From Rhizaria sp. SCN 62-66 (lineage: Eukaryota), in the NCBI GenBank assembly GCA_001724265.1, contig MEDY01000087.1:124001-158660 (forward strand): DNA of 34,660 nucleotides. Reading direction: 5' to 3'. The translations under genes and the position numbers were made by a program. Below the pieces are notes generated by a model. It was not told the DNA's origin. It did not search any database and saw only the letters and a program-made list of their open reading frames with translations. Shown one piece after another: positions 20,228-31,500 of this stretch (positions are counted from its first letter, which is position 1; each line of letters starts with the position of its first letter).

Positions 20228-22586
20228 GCCGTTTGCATCCATTTTCACATGCACATTAACATTCACAGTTGCAGCCACGCCCGCCGTCTCTCGGTGACAC
20301 TGGTTGGGCGCATGGACGGACTGTGTCTGTCTTTTTACCCCTTTATGTTGGTTTTTTTGTCTTCTTCTTTGTTTCATCGTAATGTTATTTTAGTGCCATT
20401 TGTTGCTGCCAAGTTGTTATCAGCAGGCTGTGTCTGTATTTTCCGCTTTTATGCGCGTTTCGCGCTTGTTGTTACTCAGAGCCGACTGCGGGCTGCCATG
20501 AAACTGCAGCCCCCTCGGCCGAGATGCGCAACGTATCCCAAGACCATATCTTTTTTTAACGTAACTATGCTAATATAAGTACAAGTGCACGTTCAAAGAA
20601 AAAGAAAGAAAGAACAAAAAGCGCATGCAAACACACACGCATGTACACAAAATGTCAAGAAAGTTTTGAACACCTCATTCGTCTTCCTTTGCACATTCAA
20701 AAAAATAGTTCCTCTTGTCTTAGTACACGCCAGCTTCACCCTTCAAGCTTCCGTTTTCATCGCCCTACGCCACTTTTCCTTTCCGTCTACTCTGTCGTCA
20801 TCATCCCCCCGGTCATTATCATCTTACTCGGAACGCAACACAGAAAGATCTTCGCTACGGCGGTTTGCATCGGTTGTGTCAGCCCGGAGAGACTTCTTGA
20901 TTGTATCAACGTTATCTCCATTATATTTTGTTTCGAAATATCTTTAAATATATTTTGCTTTAACAAAACTTGTGTTTGCAATTTTACTATTTTACCTCTT
21001 CCTTTTTTCTCTTCTTCTACGTCAGCGTGTGTGTGTGTGTCGTCTCTCGTGTGTTTTCTCTTTTGTTTATGTTATCATTCATTTTTCTCACTTTGATATA
21101 TCGTTTTGATATGCTTTGTTTCGCTGTGCCCCGCTATCACGCGTCGCATTAGTGTTCATCGCGCGGTTTTTGTGTCGCTGTCTCATCTGGCGTTTTGTCC
21201 GCATCTGCACTGTGCTGTGCGGCGCGACTCTACACCACTCTGCACTGCTTCACTCTGCCGCGGGATCCATGTATGCTATGTCGCACCATGTGTGCGGCAC
21301 TGCATCACCCGCGCGCCGTGCTGCTGCTGTGCGTCTAGAGATCCCTTTTGTTCTGACCCCCTCGCTTTGTGTAATCCTTTTTATTGCATTTGCTCTACTT
21401 TCGTTTTTTATGCTGCTGCTGCTGGCGAACGTGTTCCTGGTTATTGTGAGATCGTGCTTTTTTCTCTGAGCATCATTATTATCAGCAACAACGATTCACG
21501 CCCCAGCAGTACCATCACACCACACTCCACACACCCTCCTTCACCCACCCCCACCCACACACACTCTGTGCGAGCAGACATCGGACTCTGACTCCACACG
21601 AGGCTCCCAGTCACAGGCGCGCAGTCGCCCCCATCGGCACAGTCACTCACCCTTATCACGAACCGCCACCAGTGCCACGACTCGAAACGAGTCCTCGCTG
21701 CGAGCCCGTTTGATTTCCCCTCTTTTTTTTTGTCTACCATTTGGTTTGTTTTTTGTTTTTCTACCGCTTGTTGTATGTTAGTTTTTCTTCGTCTGTAGTT
21801 AACCTGTATCAAGGCGTTGCACACTGCAGTCGCTGTAGTGTTGTTGCTTTCTCTTCTTCTTTTTTTTCACCGCAGTGTCGTCAAGTTATCTCTTTCAATA
21901 GGTGCGCTAAGTGTTCCCTGAATGAAACAAGATTGATTTCGATTATCTGTTGTCGCAACAAAACGAGGTATTGGTTTGTCAGCTCAGTGGTTTGAATGTA
22001 ACGGTCTGATTCGAGTTCTTGACTGTTGTTTCATTAAAAACAGCAACCTTAAGGACTTGTTGCTTGCTGTCAGCATCACTGTCTGTACGCTTCCGCTCAC
22101 AACGATAACTACAACTTACTTTGGTTGGACTGTCTACTATATATTTAGACTGCGTTTTTCGTCTTGTCACATCTAATATATCTGCATCTACGATGTCATT
22201 CCGTTGCGCTTGCTTTGGAGACTTGTTTTTGTTAATAGTCGTCATCAAATGATCTCCCCTTCATTGTAAAATAAAGCGTCGACGTTCGTTGTCTCTGGCG
22301 AGAAACACTCTACTATACGTAGCTGCGGCTGACTCGACCCGCAAGCCACAATCATTTACAGATCTAACACAAAGAAACACTTGTTTGAAAAAATCACACT
22401 GTATTCACAACCGATATCTAGGATAAGTAGTGATCCCACTTCTTCGTACATGTACCTATCTAACAATATACGTATTACGTACACATCCGCACTGTCGCTA
22501 CTGTTTTGAGCATCATATCACACTTAAACCCATGCAAAGCAGAACTTTTCACATTGGCAGTTGCTTAGTTGCATCAATCAGATGTG

Positions 22587-25500
22587 TTAATAGTATGTAG
22601 GTGCGCCGTGAGCACCTGAACCTGCTGTGTTCACGTTTGCACGAGCATAGCTGCGCGCCATGTCCCGCTTCACACGGTCAAACTGGCTAGCTGCTGGCGA
22701 CACGCCGAACCCCGCAAGCCGCTCAGCATCGCTGAAAAAATACTCATGCACATTGCCATCCCAGTTCTGGCCCTGTAACGGCACTCGCGACACAGCAGCA
22801 GCTGCAGCTACGCCAGCGGCAGAAGACGCGGCGGCCACAGCGGCCGTCGCAGCTGCGGCAGCCTCCTCGCCGGCGTCGCCCTTGCGCCGGCCCGTGCCCG
22901 CTGCAGCCGCGGCAGCAGCTGCCGCAGCTGCTGCGGGGCCTGCCGCTGCCGTTGCTGCTGCTGATGCCGCAGCCGCAGCAACAATAGCTGCTGCTGCACC
23001 TTCTGCCGCGGCCGCACTTGCCTTGTAAGCGGCGGCGCGCGAAGTCTCTCCGACCGTCGCGACCGTGACAACCTCTGCGCCCTCCGCAACGGCGTCCTTG
23101 GTGAGCACGATGCCGGCACCGAGACGCACGCGTTCGCCTTCCGCAAGCCCGCGGGCCTCGCGCCTGTGCGCGCGGACGGACCCGCTCATCTCCCCGGTCA
23201 AGCCTGCGGGCAGCGCGCGACCACCGCGGTTGGTGACCTCGCCCAGCACCGCGCTCGCGCCCGCAGCGTGCAACGCGCGGCGGTGGGCGCGCGCCGAAGC
23301 CGCTGCAAGCGAGGCGGCAGCTGCAGCGGCGCTGGGAGGAGAGTTCGGCGGAAGAGGCCTCCCACGCGCAGTGGAGTTCGCGGCAGAGATATTGAGCGGA
23401 GCGAATGACACGTTGTGAGTCGTCGTTGACGAAAACGAACTGGTGTTGTTGTTTGCATGCGCACGATGCGACACCAGCTGCGGGAGTGACTGTGGCGCTC
23501 CAGCTCGGAGTGACTGTGAAAGAGAATGTTGCTGTGTAGTTTGGCGGCGAATGCGGGGCGTTGAAGGCCCAGCAGCATCTTCTGGCCGCTCCAACCGGAG
23601 TGTAAAGCTGTGCTCATACAGATCATATGAAGTGAGTCCTGACGCACTCATGGGGCCTGCACTCGAGGCATTTGTCACAGCACTTCCAGGCGCGCCAGGG
23701 CCAGCAATAAGACTTCCGAACGTCGCGGGACGACCTGCTTGCGAGAACGCGCGCCGCTGCTGATACTGCAGCGCGGTCCGCAGCATCTGCGTGGGCACAC
23801 CTGCCAACGGGTCGTTGCTGTTTTTGTCTCCATGAATCGCTGTAGTCGTGCGAGGGCGGCGCAGCGCAGCACGGGGAAGAGAATAACCAGTGCCAGCATC
23901 TGCCCCACCAGTGTCGCCAAAAGAACCCGACTGCTGCAAGCGGTGAAGAGCACTGCGTTCAGTGACAGCGCCGGAAGCTGCTGAGTGGCCTTGCGCTGGT
24001 GCAGGCCGCATTGAGACCGCAGACGCGTGCGCACCAGCGTGCTGTGCCGCGAGCGCAGCCCGGTAGCGCCGCCACCGCTTGTCTTCAGCAAGAGCAAGTC
24101 TGAGGTCGTCCGCGCAGGCGACACCAGTTGCGCCGGCCCCCGCCGCACCGGAGCCAGGGGGCGCGACGGCAGCAACCCCCGCATCAGCGGCGTCGCCGGG
24201 TAGCACTGGCACGGCGATGGGGGCAGCAGAAGCGGACAGAGCAGCCGCAGGGCCCGCGGTGGCGGCAGTGCACGCGCCACTCCGCCAGACACCCAGAAGC
24301 CCGTCGGGAGATAAAACAGCGTCCCAGTCAGCGCGCGCAATGACGACCACGACGCTCTCGCAGTCCCGCGAGACGACAGACGCTGTGCGCACACCCGCAG
24401 CGGTGCGCCAACTTTCACCAAGCACAGTGCCCGCCAGGTGCGCGGTGTACAGCGGCAGCGAGATTAGTCCACCCGCGGAGCGCTCAATGGAGCGTTTCGT
24501 GCTGTTGACGCCACCAAACTCAGCTCCAGCTCCGGCCAACGATGCAGTGCGCGCAGAGATCACATGATCCTGCTGCTGCAGAGGACAAGACGGAGCTGAC
24601 GGCGGGGGCGCGGCGCGCGCGTACAGAGGCTGCATCTCCTTTGCGCGCGCCAGAGGATTCTGCGCGCGCATCAGACGCACCAAATACGGCAGCTGCAGTG
24701 AGAGCGCGGAGAGCTCGCCCAGCAGTGAGTACGGCCCGACAGTGCCCAGATGCAGCACCGATCCATTGCTTTTACCGCTGCCATTTCTGGCAGCGCGTGG
24801 AGGCAGCTCTTGGAGCACGTCGAAAGTGCCAGTGAGCGGTATCACCACGCCGTCGGGCTGCGGCGACTCTGCGAGCGCGGGGATCTGCGTCACGCTGCCC
24901 AGGCCCAGTGCGCGGCAAACACGCGCAGTCGCGGACAGAGGCACCCGCTTCGCACTGGCGGCGATCTTTGCGTTCGCACTGTCGACGGCGCTGGTATTGT
25001 TGAGATTGAGTCCGGGTGACGACGGGAACACGTACGCAGCAGCGGCCAGCGCGTCAGTCGACAGAGCCAGAGAAGCGTTGTGTTCTGCAGCGGCTCGGCG
25101 GCGCGCCAGTGGCAGCGCACCGACCCCGCGCAAATGCGGCGCGCCTTCGTCGACCGCAGACGCCGCCGCCAGCGCACGCGCGGAGGCGTGCGGAGACCAC
25201 AGAGCGCGAGCGCGCGCACGAGCGCGGGCGCGGGAACGGGCGGCAGACGCAGCCGCCGCGGCAGCCGGGTCAGTGCGGGCAGCGCGGCGCAGCGCCGCAC
25301 GACGCTTCTGACGCGTCTGCGCCTCTGCTTCGGTCTTTGCTGCGGTGACTGCAACAGTGTCCGTGTTGTCCGCGTCGGCCTCGTCACCATCGGGGGTCGC
25401 TGCGTGACGCACGCTCGCACAGGCTGTGTCGAGCGTGGTGCGCGCAGGCCAGTGGTACGCCAGCGCGCGCGCAGCCGCGGACAGCAGGTCCGCCTGCATC

Positions 25501-28500
25501 ACCGCCGTCGCCACAGCCGCCGCGGGCGCCGCGCCGCCACCGGAAGCGGAGACCGATGCGGTGACCGCGGTGGCGACGACAAGAGGGCAGCCGCCGCGGT
25601 CGTGTGGCAGCTGCGGCGGGCCAGCGGGCGGGCGCAGCAAGCCTTCGGCTGCAGCAGCCACGTGCAACGCGGGCAGTGCATCAGCCGCAGCCTGCGCATA
25701 CGCCTGCATTGACGGCGCGCCCGGCGGCAGCAGCTGCGGCGGAAGCGAGCTGGGCAGCAAGGCCGGCGCGGACAGATATGCGTCCAGCGCCACCGGGTGC
25801 GGCGCGGTCTGTAGCGGCAGCACGCGCAACACGCCCGCGCACACGAACGACGGCAAGCGGACGCGACGGCTACCAGAGAAGCTGCGGAAAGCGCCCGCTT
25901 CATCGCTGCCTTCGCTGTCATTCGCTTCATTGTTATCATCATCAAATTCGTCGTTCTCGCCGTTCCCATCGTCGCGCTCGTCGATGTCACCGTACTCAGC
26001 AGCATCGGCGGCAGCAGCAGCGGCAGCAGCGGCGTCCACAACCCCACCGACAACCGTGCCATTGAAGTCCGCGTCCTCAGCTGTCGCAAACGACACCGGG
26101 CGGATCGACGCGCCCGGCTCCGCACCGGGGGGCGGCGGCGCGGGGACTCCGTCGCCCAGCGCGCTCGCGTTGGCGACGTGCACGCCCTGCTGCAGCAGCA
26201 CCTGGCCGCGCGCGGGCACGCGCCGCAGCACGGCGCGCGCCGCCAGCGCCGTAATCTCGCGCGCAGTCAGGTGCGAGAGCGCGGGCACGCGCGCGAGCAC
26301 GCGGCGTTTAAAGCGGAGCAGTGCGCGCGCGCGACGCAGCAGCAGCGGCGCGCGGAGGAGCGCGTGCGGCGTGAGCACGGCGACAAGCGAGGGCTCGAGA
26401 GCCAGCGCCGAGTGCGGCTGGCGCCACGCAGCAAGCGGCGCCCATGGGCGCGGCGGGCGACAGTGCGGCGAGAGCAAAAATGGCGAAAGAGCCTCCCAAA
26501 GCCCGTGTCCGCCGAAGGAGCAGCCGGGTCCGAGCAGCGCCAGCGGCCGCTGTTGCTGATTTTGCTGCTGTGCGACGCTAAACCGCGCCGGTGCAGAGCC
26601 AGCTGTGTTATCTAAGCCGTTGTTCGCGCCCGCGAAGAGTGCTGGAGGCACAAGCGGGGACAGACCGGTGCCGGCGTATGGGCCGACAACGGTCGCAGCG
26701 CTGCCCGACGCGCCAGTGGCGTTGGCGGCGGCCGCGGTCGCGGCGGCGCCCGGCGGGAGCGGGACGGCGGGCGGCAGCAGGCGCGTGGCGGGTGGCGCCG
26801 CGGTGCGCGGGGCCGTCGCGCTGGCCACCTGGAGCCGCAGCAGCGCCAGCTCGCCGCCCTCCGCTGGCGCGCTCGCGCCTCCGCTGCCAGGCTCCGGCGC
26901 GGCGGGCGCGGACGGCGGGCGACGGTCACGGTGCCGGTGCTTGTGGCCGTGGCTGTGGTGGCGGTGGCGGCGGCGGTGGCGGTGGCGGTGCTTGCCAGAG
27001 TCCTTTTCGCTCTCACGCGCAGCCTCCTTGTCCGCTCTCTCCGCCTTGGCTGCCGCGGCGGCTGCGGCGACGGCGGCGTCAGCAGCAGCGGCGGCTGACC
27101 GGCCCACAGTCGTTGTCGCGGTCACCTTGGTATTGCCCTTGGTGTCCTCAGCAGCAGCCTCAGCCGCGTTTGCAGCTTCTGCCGCGCGCGCACGCGCCGC
27201 GACCAGCGCACGCGCGCCGCGCACCGTCGCCTCGCTCTCGTGCCCGGCCGCTCCAGGGAGCGGGAGCGCACGCGCGCCCAAGACAAGAGCGACCTTGCGA
27301 TCGAGCTCGCGCACGCGCGCGTCACGCATCGCGGCCTCGGTCGAGTAGCCGACTGGCACGGGCGCAAACGGGGATCCGGGGCCTGGCACGGAGCCTGAGC
27401 CGGAGTGGGAGCCAGGCAACCCCGCGGGGGGCGCGCGCGACGGGACTGCGATGGTGGCGGACGCGGACGTGATGTCGTGTTCGCTGTCACTGCCGGTGTC
27501 GGTGTCGGTATACGAGTCGGAGCAGGAGCAAGAGCAAGAGCAGGACCGCGAGTGCGACTGCAAGTCTGAGCCAGAGCCAGAGGTGGAGTCCTGGTCGGAG
27601 TCGGAGGCGAGGTGCGCGTGCGGTGAGCCAGAGTCAGAGGCCGAGCCAGACTTGCGGAAGAACTGCTTCCTGTTGCACTTCGCAGACCTGCGCCGCCTCC
27701 GCGCCTGGGCTTCAGAGTCAGACTCGGACTCAGAACCAGAACCAGAGCTTGAACCTGAGCTAGAGCTAGAGTGCGAGCCTCCACGCGCTTGCGACAGTGA
27801 CGAAGAAGAAGAATACGACGATGCAGACGTGTCACCGCCGCCATCCGACGCATCACACCCCGCCCACAGGCCGTACACCCCGGTGCTAGCACTGCTGCCA
27901 TGGGTATTCACGGCGGCGCTGGCGACAGTCGCGAGATGGGACAGCGCGCCCTGCATCGCGTCGATCGCGCCCACGTCGCGCGGCCGCGACGGGAACGCGG
28001 CGAGCTGCGTCTGGTTACGATGCAGCGCCTGAGCGCGCGCGCGCTTATGCCGCGCCTGCGCCAGCGTCGTTGCCAACACGGCCACAGGCACAGAAGCCCC
28101 CGCGGTCGCCGGTGCGTCACTGTTATCTGCGTTGCCGTTGCCAGCGGGACCGCCAGCATCGCTGGTCGCCCCAGGGTGATACGGCAGAGCGAGCGAGAGC
28201 GAGGGCATCGGCACCGCAGCCACCGCAACGTCCGGCGGCGCAAGCACTTGCACAGCGCCCTGTAGCACGACGACGAGCGCGGCGCCGGTGACCGTGGGCG
28301 CGCCCCACTGCGCGGCTGAAGGCAGAGCCGTAGAGACAGAGCCGGCGGCGACGACGGGCGCGTGCGCCGGGACGCGGGCGAGCGAGAGCGCGAAGGGCAG
28401 CGAGAGCAAGAGCTCGGCGGGCGTGAGCATCAGGTCGGCAACGAATGGCACCGGCAGGAGCTGCGCAATGAGCGCCGCAGTCGCAGCGGCGGAGGCGGCC

Positions 28501-31500
28501 GACGCAAAGGGGTGCGAGCGCGGGCAGTAGCGCGGCACACCAGCGACGCGGGCACCGAAGGTATTCGTGGCGGTTGGACGGCGCACGGGGGCCGCAAGAG
28601 TGCGAGGGACCTGAGTGGTGCTGCGGGGGGCAGAAGGGGCGCGTGGTGGGTCAAAGAAGCTGATACTGCGCCTTCTGCTTTCGGTGGAACCTGGTGTCGG
28701 TCCCCTCACTGTCTCTCCAATCACGGTCACAGTTGTCATGTTGCTCGTTGAACGCCTGTTGTTGGCGCTGTTGTTATCCTCGCTCTCACTCTTGCGCTCT
28801 TGGCCTCCACTAAGATCCGCTGTTGCATGTGTGTAGACACCAGCAGCAGTATCTTCCCACAGCACGACTCCGCTCCTGCCACCTCCGCCCGCACTCGCAC
28901 TCGCCTGGGCGCCACTGGTGCGCTCGCCGGGCACGTTGAACGCCCTGGCCACGGCCGCGGCCATCCCGACCGCGGCGGCGTCGAGCGCGTCCCCCACCGC
29001 GCTGCCCACGAGCGCGGCGGACAGGAGCGCACACGCGAGCTCGAGCGCAGGGGGCAGGTGGTGCAGGTCGCCGGGCAGCGCGGCGCACGCGTCTGAGAGC
29101 AAGGAAGAGCGGAAGACGGCGAGCTCGGCCGCGAACGGGGCCGCCGGGCCACCGAGACGCTCTGCCGTAGTCGTTGTGGTGGTCGTCGTCGTGGTGACTG
29201 TGGCAGTCGTCGTTGTCGTCAAAGTTGTTGTGTGTGATTGCGCGCGGGAATGTGTCTGTGAGTGCGACTTCGAGTGCAATTGCAGGTGTGATTGCGAGTG
29301 CATGTCATCACTGTCAAGCCTGACCGGCGGCAACGACTCGAGATCTATCGCGATGGCGTTGGAAGTAAAGCCTCCGGCGGCAGTAGGTGCTGCCATCACG
29401 TGAGCCTGTTGCTGGTGAGCAGTATTGGTTGCAGCAACAGATAAGGGACGCGTGATACTTGCCATGGCGCCGAGTCCAGGTCCATGCAACAGCGACTGCG
29501 CCTGCGTCTTTTGCGCTGGTGACGACACGAGAGAGAGCAAGGGCATCAGACGAGGCGGCTGAATGCGCCGCACGCCTGCGAACGGCGTCGACTCAATCGC
29601 CATCGCGGCCAGCGCGGACTCGGCCAGCTCCGCCCCGCCCGCCGACGCAGCGGCGCCGCCGGCGAGCGCGGGCGAGTGCGGACCGGCGAGCGAGACGGGC
29701 AGCGCGGTGCCCGCCGCGGCCGAGGCGGACGCAGACGCGGGCAGCGCGAAGGATGGCGCGCGCATGAAAAGCATCGATGGCGAGCCGCCGGTGGACGAGG
29801 CACTGACACTGCCTGTGCGCCCCACCGTCGACGCGCCACCGGTGTGCGTAGCGCTCGCCATGCGCTGCAGCGTCTGCGGGAGCGGAAGCGGGACGGGCGC
29901 GGGCGGGCCGCTCGAGTTGGCGGTGATGATGCCGCGCGCAATGGTGGCAGCAGTGACTGTCGGCAGCGTTGACAAACCCGCCGTGTTCGAGGCAGCGGGC
30001 GCCATGGTCTCCGGAACGAGCTCGTGGCGGTGGTGAGGCTGGAGCTGCGCTCCTGCTGCCTGCGCGGCAGCGGCGTGCGAGGCGACGCTGACCATCGAAC
30101 GCGGATGCAGGTACGGCGCGTCAGTCACGTGCGCGCTTACACTGCTGCTACTGTTGCTAATATAGGCGCTCGCGGCAGTCTCTCCAGTCGACGTTGCACC
30201 GGACTCGGGAGCAGTGGTGCTAGAAGCGGCTGCGTCAGCATCGGTCGCGTTCTGCTGCGCGAGCGCGGGCGGCGCGGGCGGCGGCGTAAGCCAGGCGGCC
30301 ACGTGGAAAGCGAAGTGGCCAAACGAACAGTGCGGAAGCAGCGGCGCCACGGGCCGGCAGCACCGCAGGCACGAGCCGTCCGCGGTTACAACTGCCTCGT
30401 CGTCGCTGTCGTCGCCGTCGTCGTGGTCTTCTCTCAAGTGCTGTGAAGTCGACGGCGGCCGCGATCCGTGCCTGCGCCCGTGCCCGTGGCCCTGGCCCTG
30501 GCCGTGGCCGTGGCCATGGCCGTGCACGTGCGCAGTCGCGTCAAGATCAGCGGCGTTGGCGGGCGTGGTCGGCAGCGAGCGCCAGATCGAGGACGCGTCG
30601 CCGCGGATGTGCTGCGGCGTCGGAGGCAGCCGCTGCATCGCGGCAGCGTTCAGAGGCGTGTATGCGCGCGAGTGTGAGCGGGAGCTCGAGCGCTGGCCGG
30701 GCACCACCAGCATGTTGCCGCTGTTGCTGCTGTCAGCAACGTCGAGCGTGAGGCCGACCTCGTCGTCGTCGTCGTCGTTGCCGCTGAACGCGGTGTTGGA
30801 GTCACTGGTGGAGCTCGTCGGGGTCGAGTCGCCGCCGCTGCGCGCGCTGTTGTACGCACGCACCAGCTTGCGGCTCGCGCGCTGCCGCCGCCGCAGCTCC
30901 GCCGCTGCCGCGCGCGCCTCGGCCCTCTCGGCGTCTTCGTCGTCCTCGTGAATGCCTCCGTGGTCCGACTCGGAGTCGGAGAAGGAGTCAGAGGACGACG
31001 TGGGGGTGGCCAAGATGAGAGCCAGCGGGTCTCTGTCGCTGTCGTCGTCGCTGTCGTAGGCGTCGTCGCGCGTGGAGCGGCGACCCTTGGATCGACGCTT
31101 GAACGAGCCACGCTTGCCCTTTTTCGCACTCGTCCCGCCCGCAACCGCAGCCGCAGGCGCAGGGGAAACAGTCGTAGCAGGAGCCGCGTCGGCTGTTGCA
31201 GCAACAGATGTAGATCCTGAGGCTGGAGTAGTGCCAGTCGCGTCGCTTGCGCCAGCCACCGTCACATTGATAGCAGATGGAGCTGGAGCCACAGGCGACT
31301 GGCGTTTCTTCTTATCCTGTTGCTCCTGCGTCACGCTCTGTGTGTTTTGCGGAGTGTTTTCCCGCTCCTGTGTCAGCGTCATAGCGTTCTGCACGCTCGG
31401 CGACGGCGTCGGCAGCATAATCCGCACTGGATGCAGCCCCAGCGAGCCGCGCCGCCGCAGCGCCGCCGCGGAGCCCGGCACTGAGAGCGCGCCCGCCCGC

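Noticed and set aside
20228-22586. Short ORFs in the 2.3-kb convergent spacer
   Set aside because: T-rich, low-complexity translations with no codon bias. Reading TAG as sense did not give a convincing ORF in the frame I examined.
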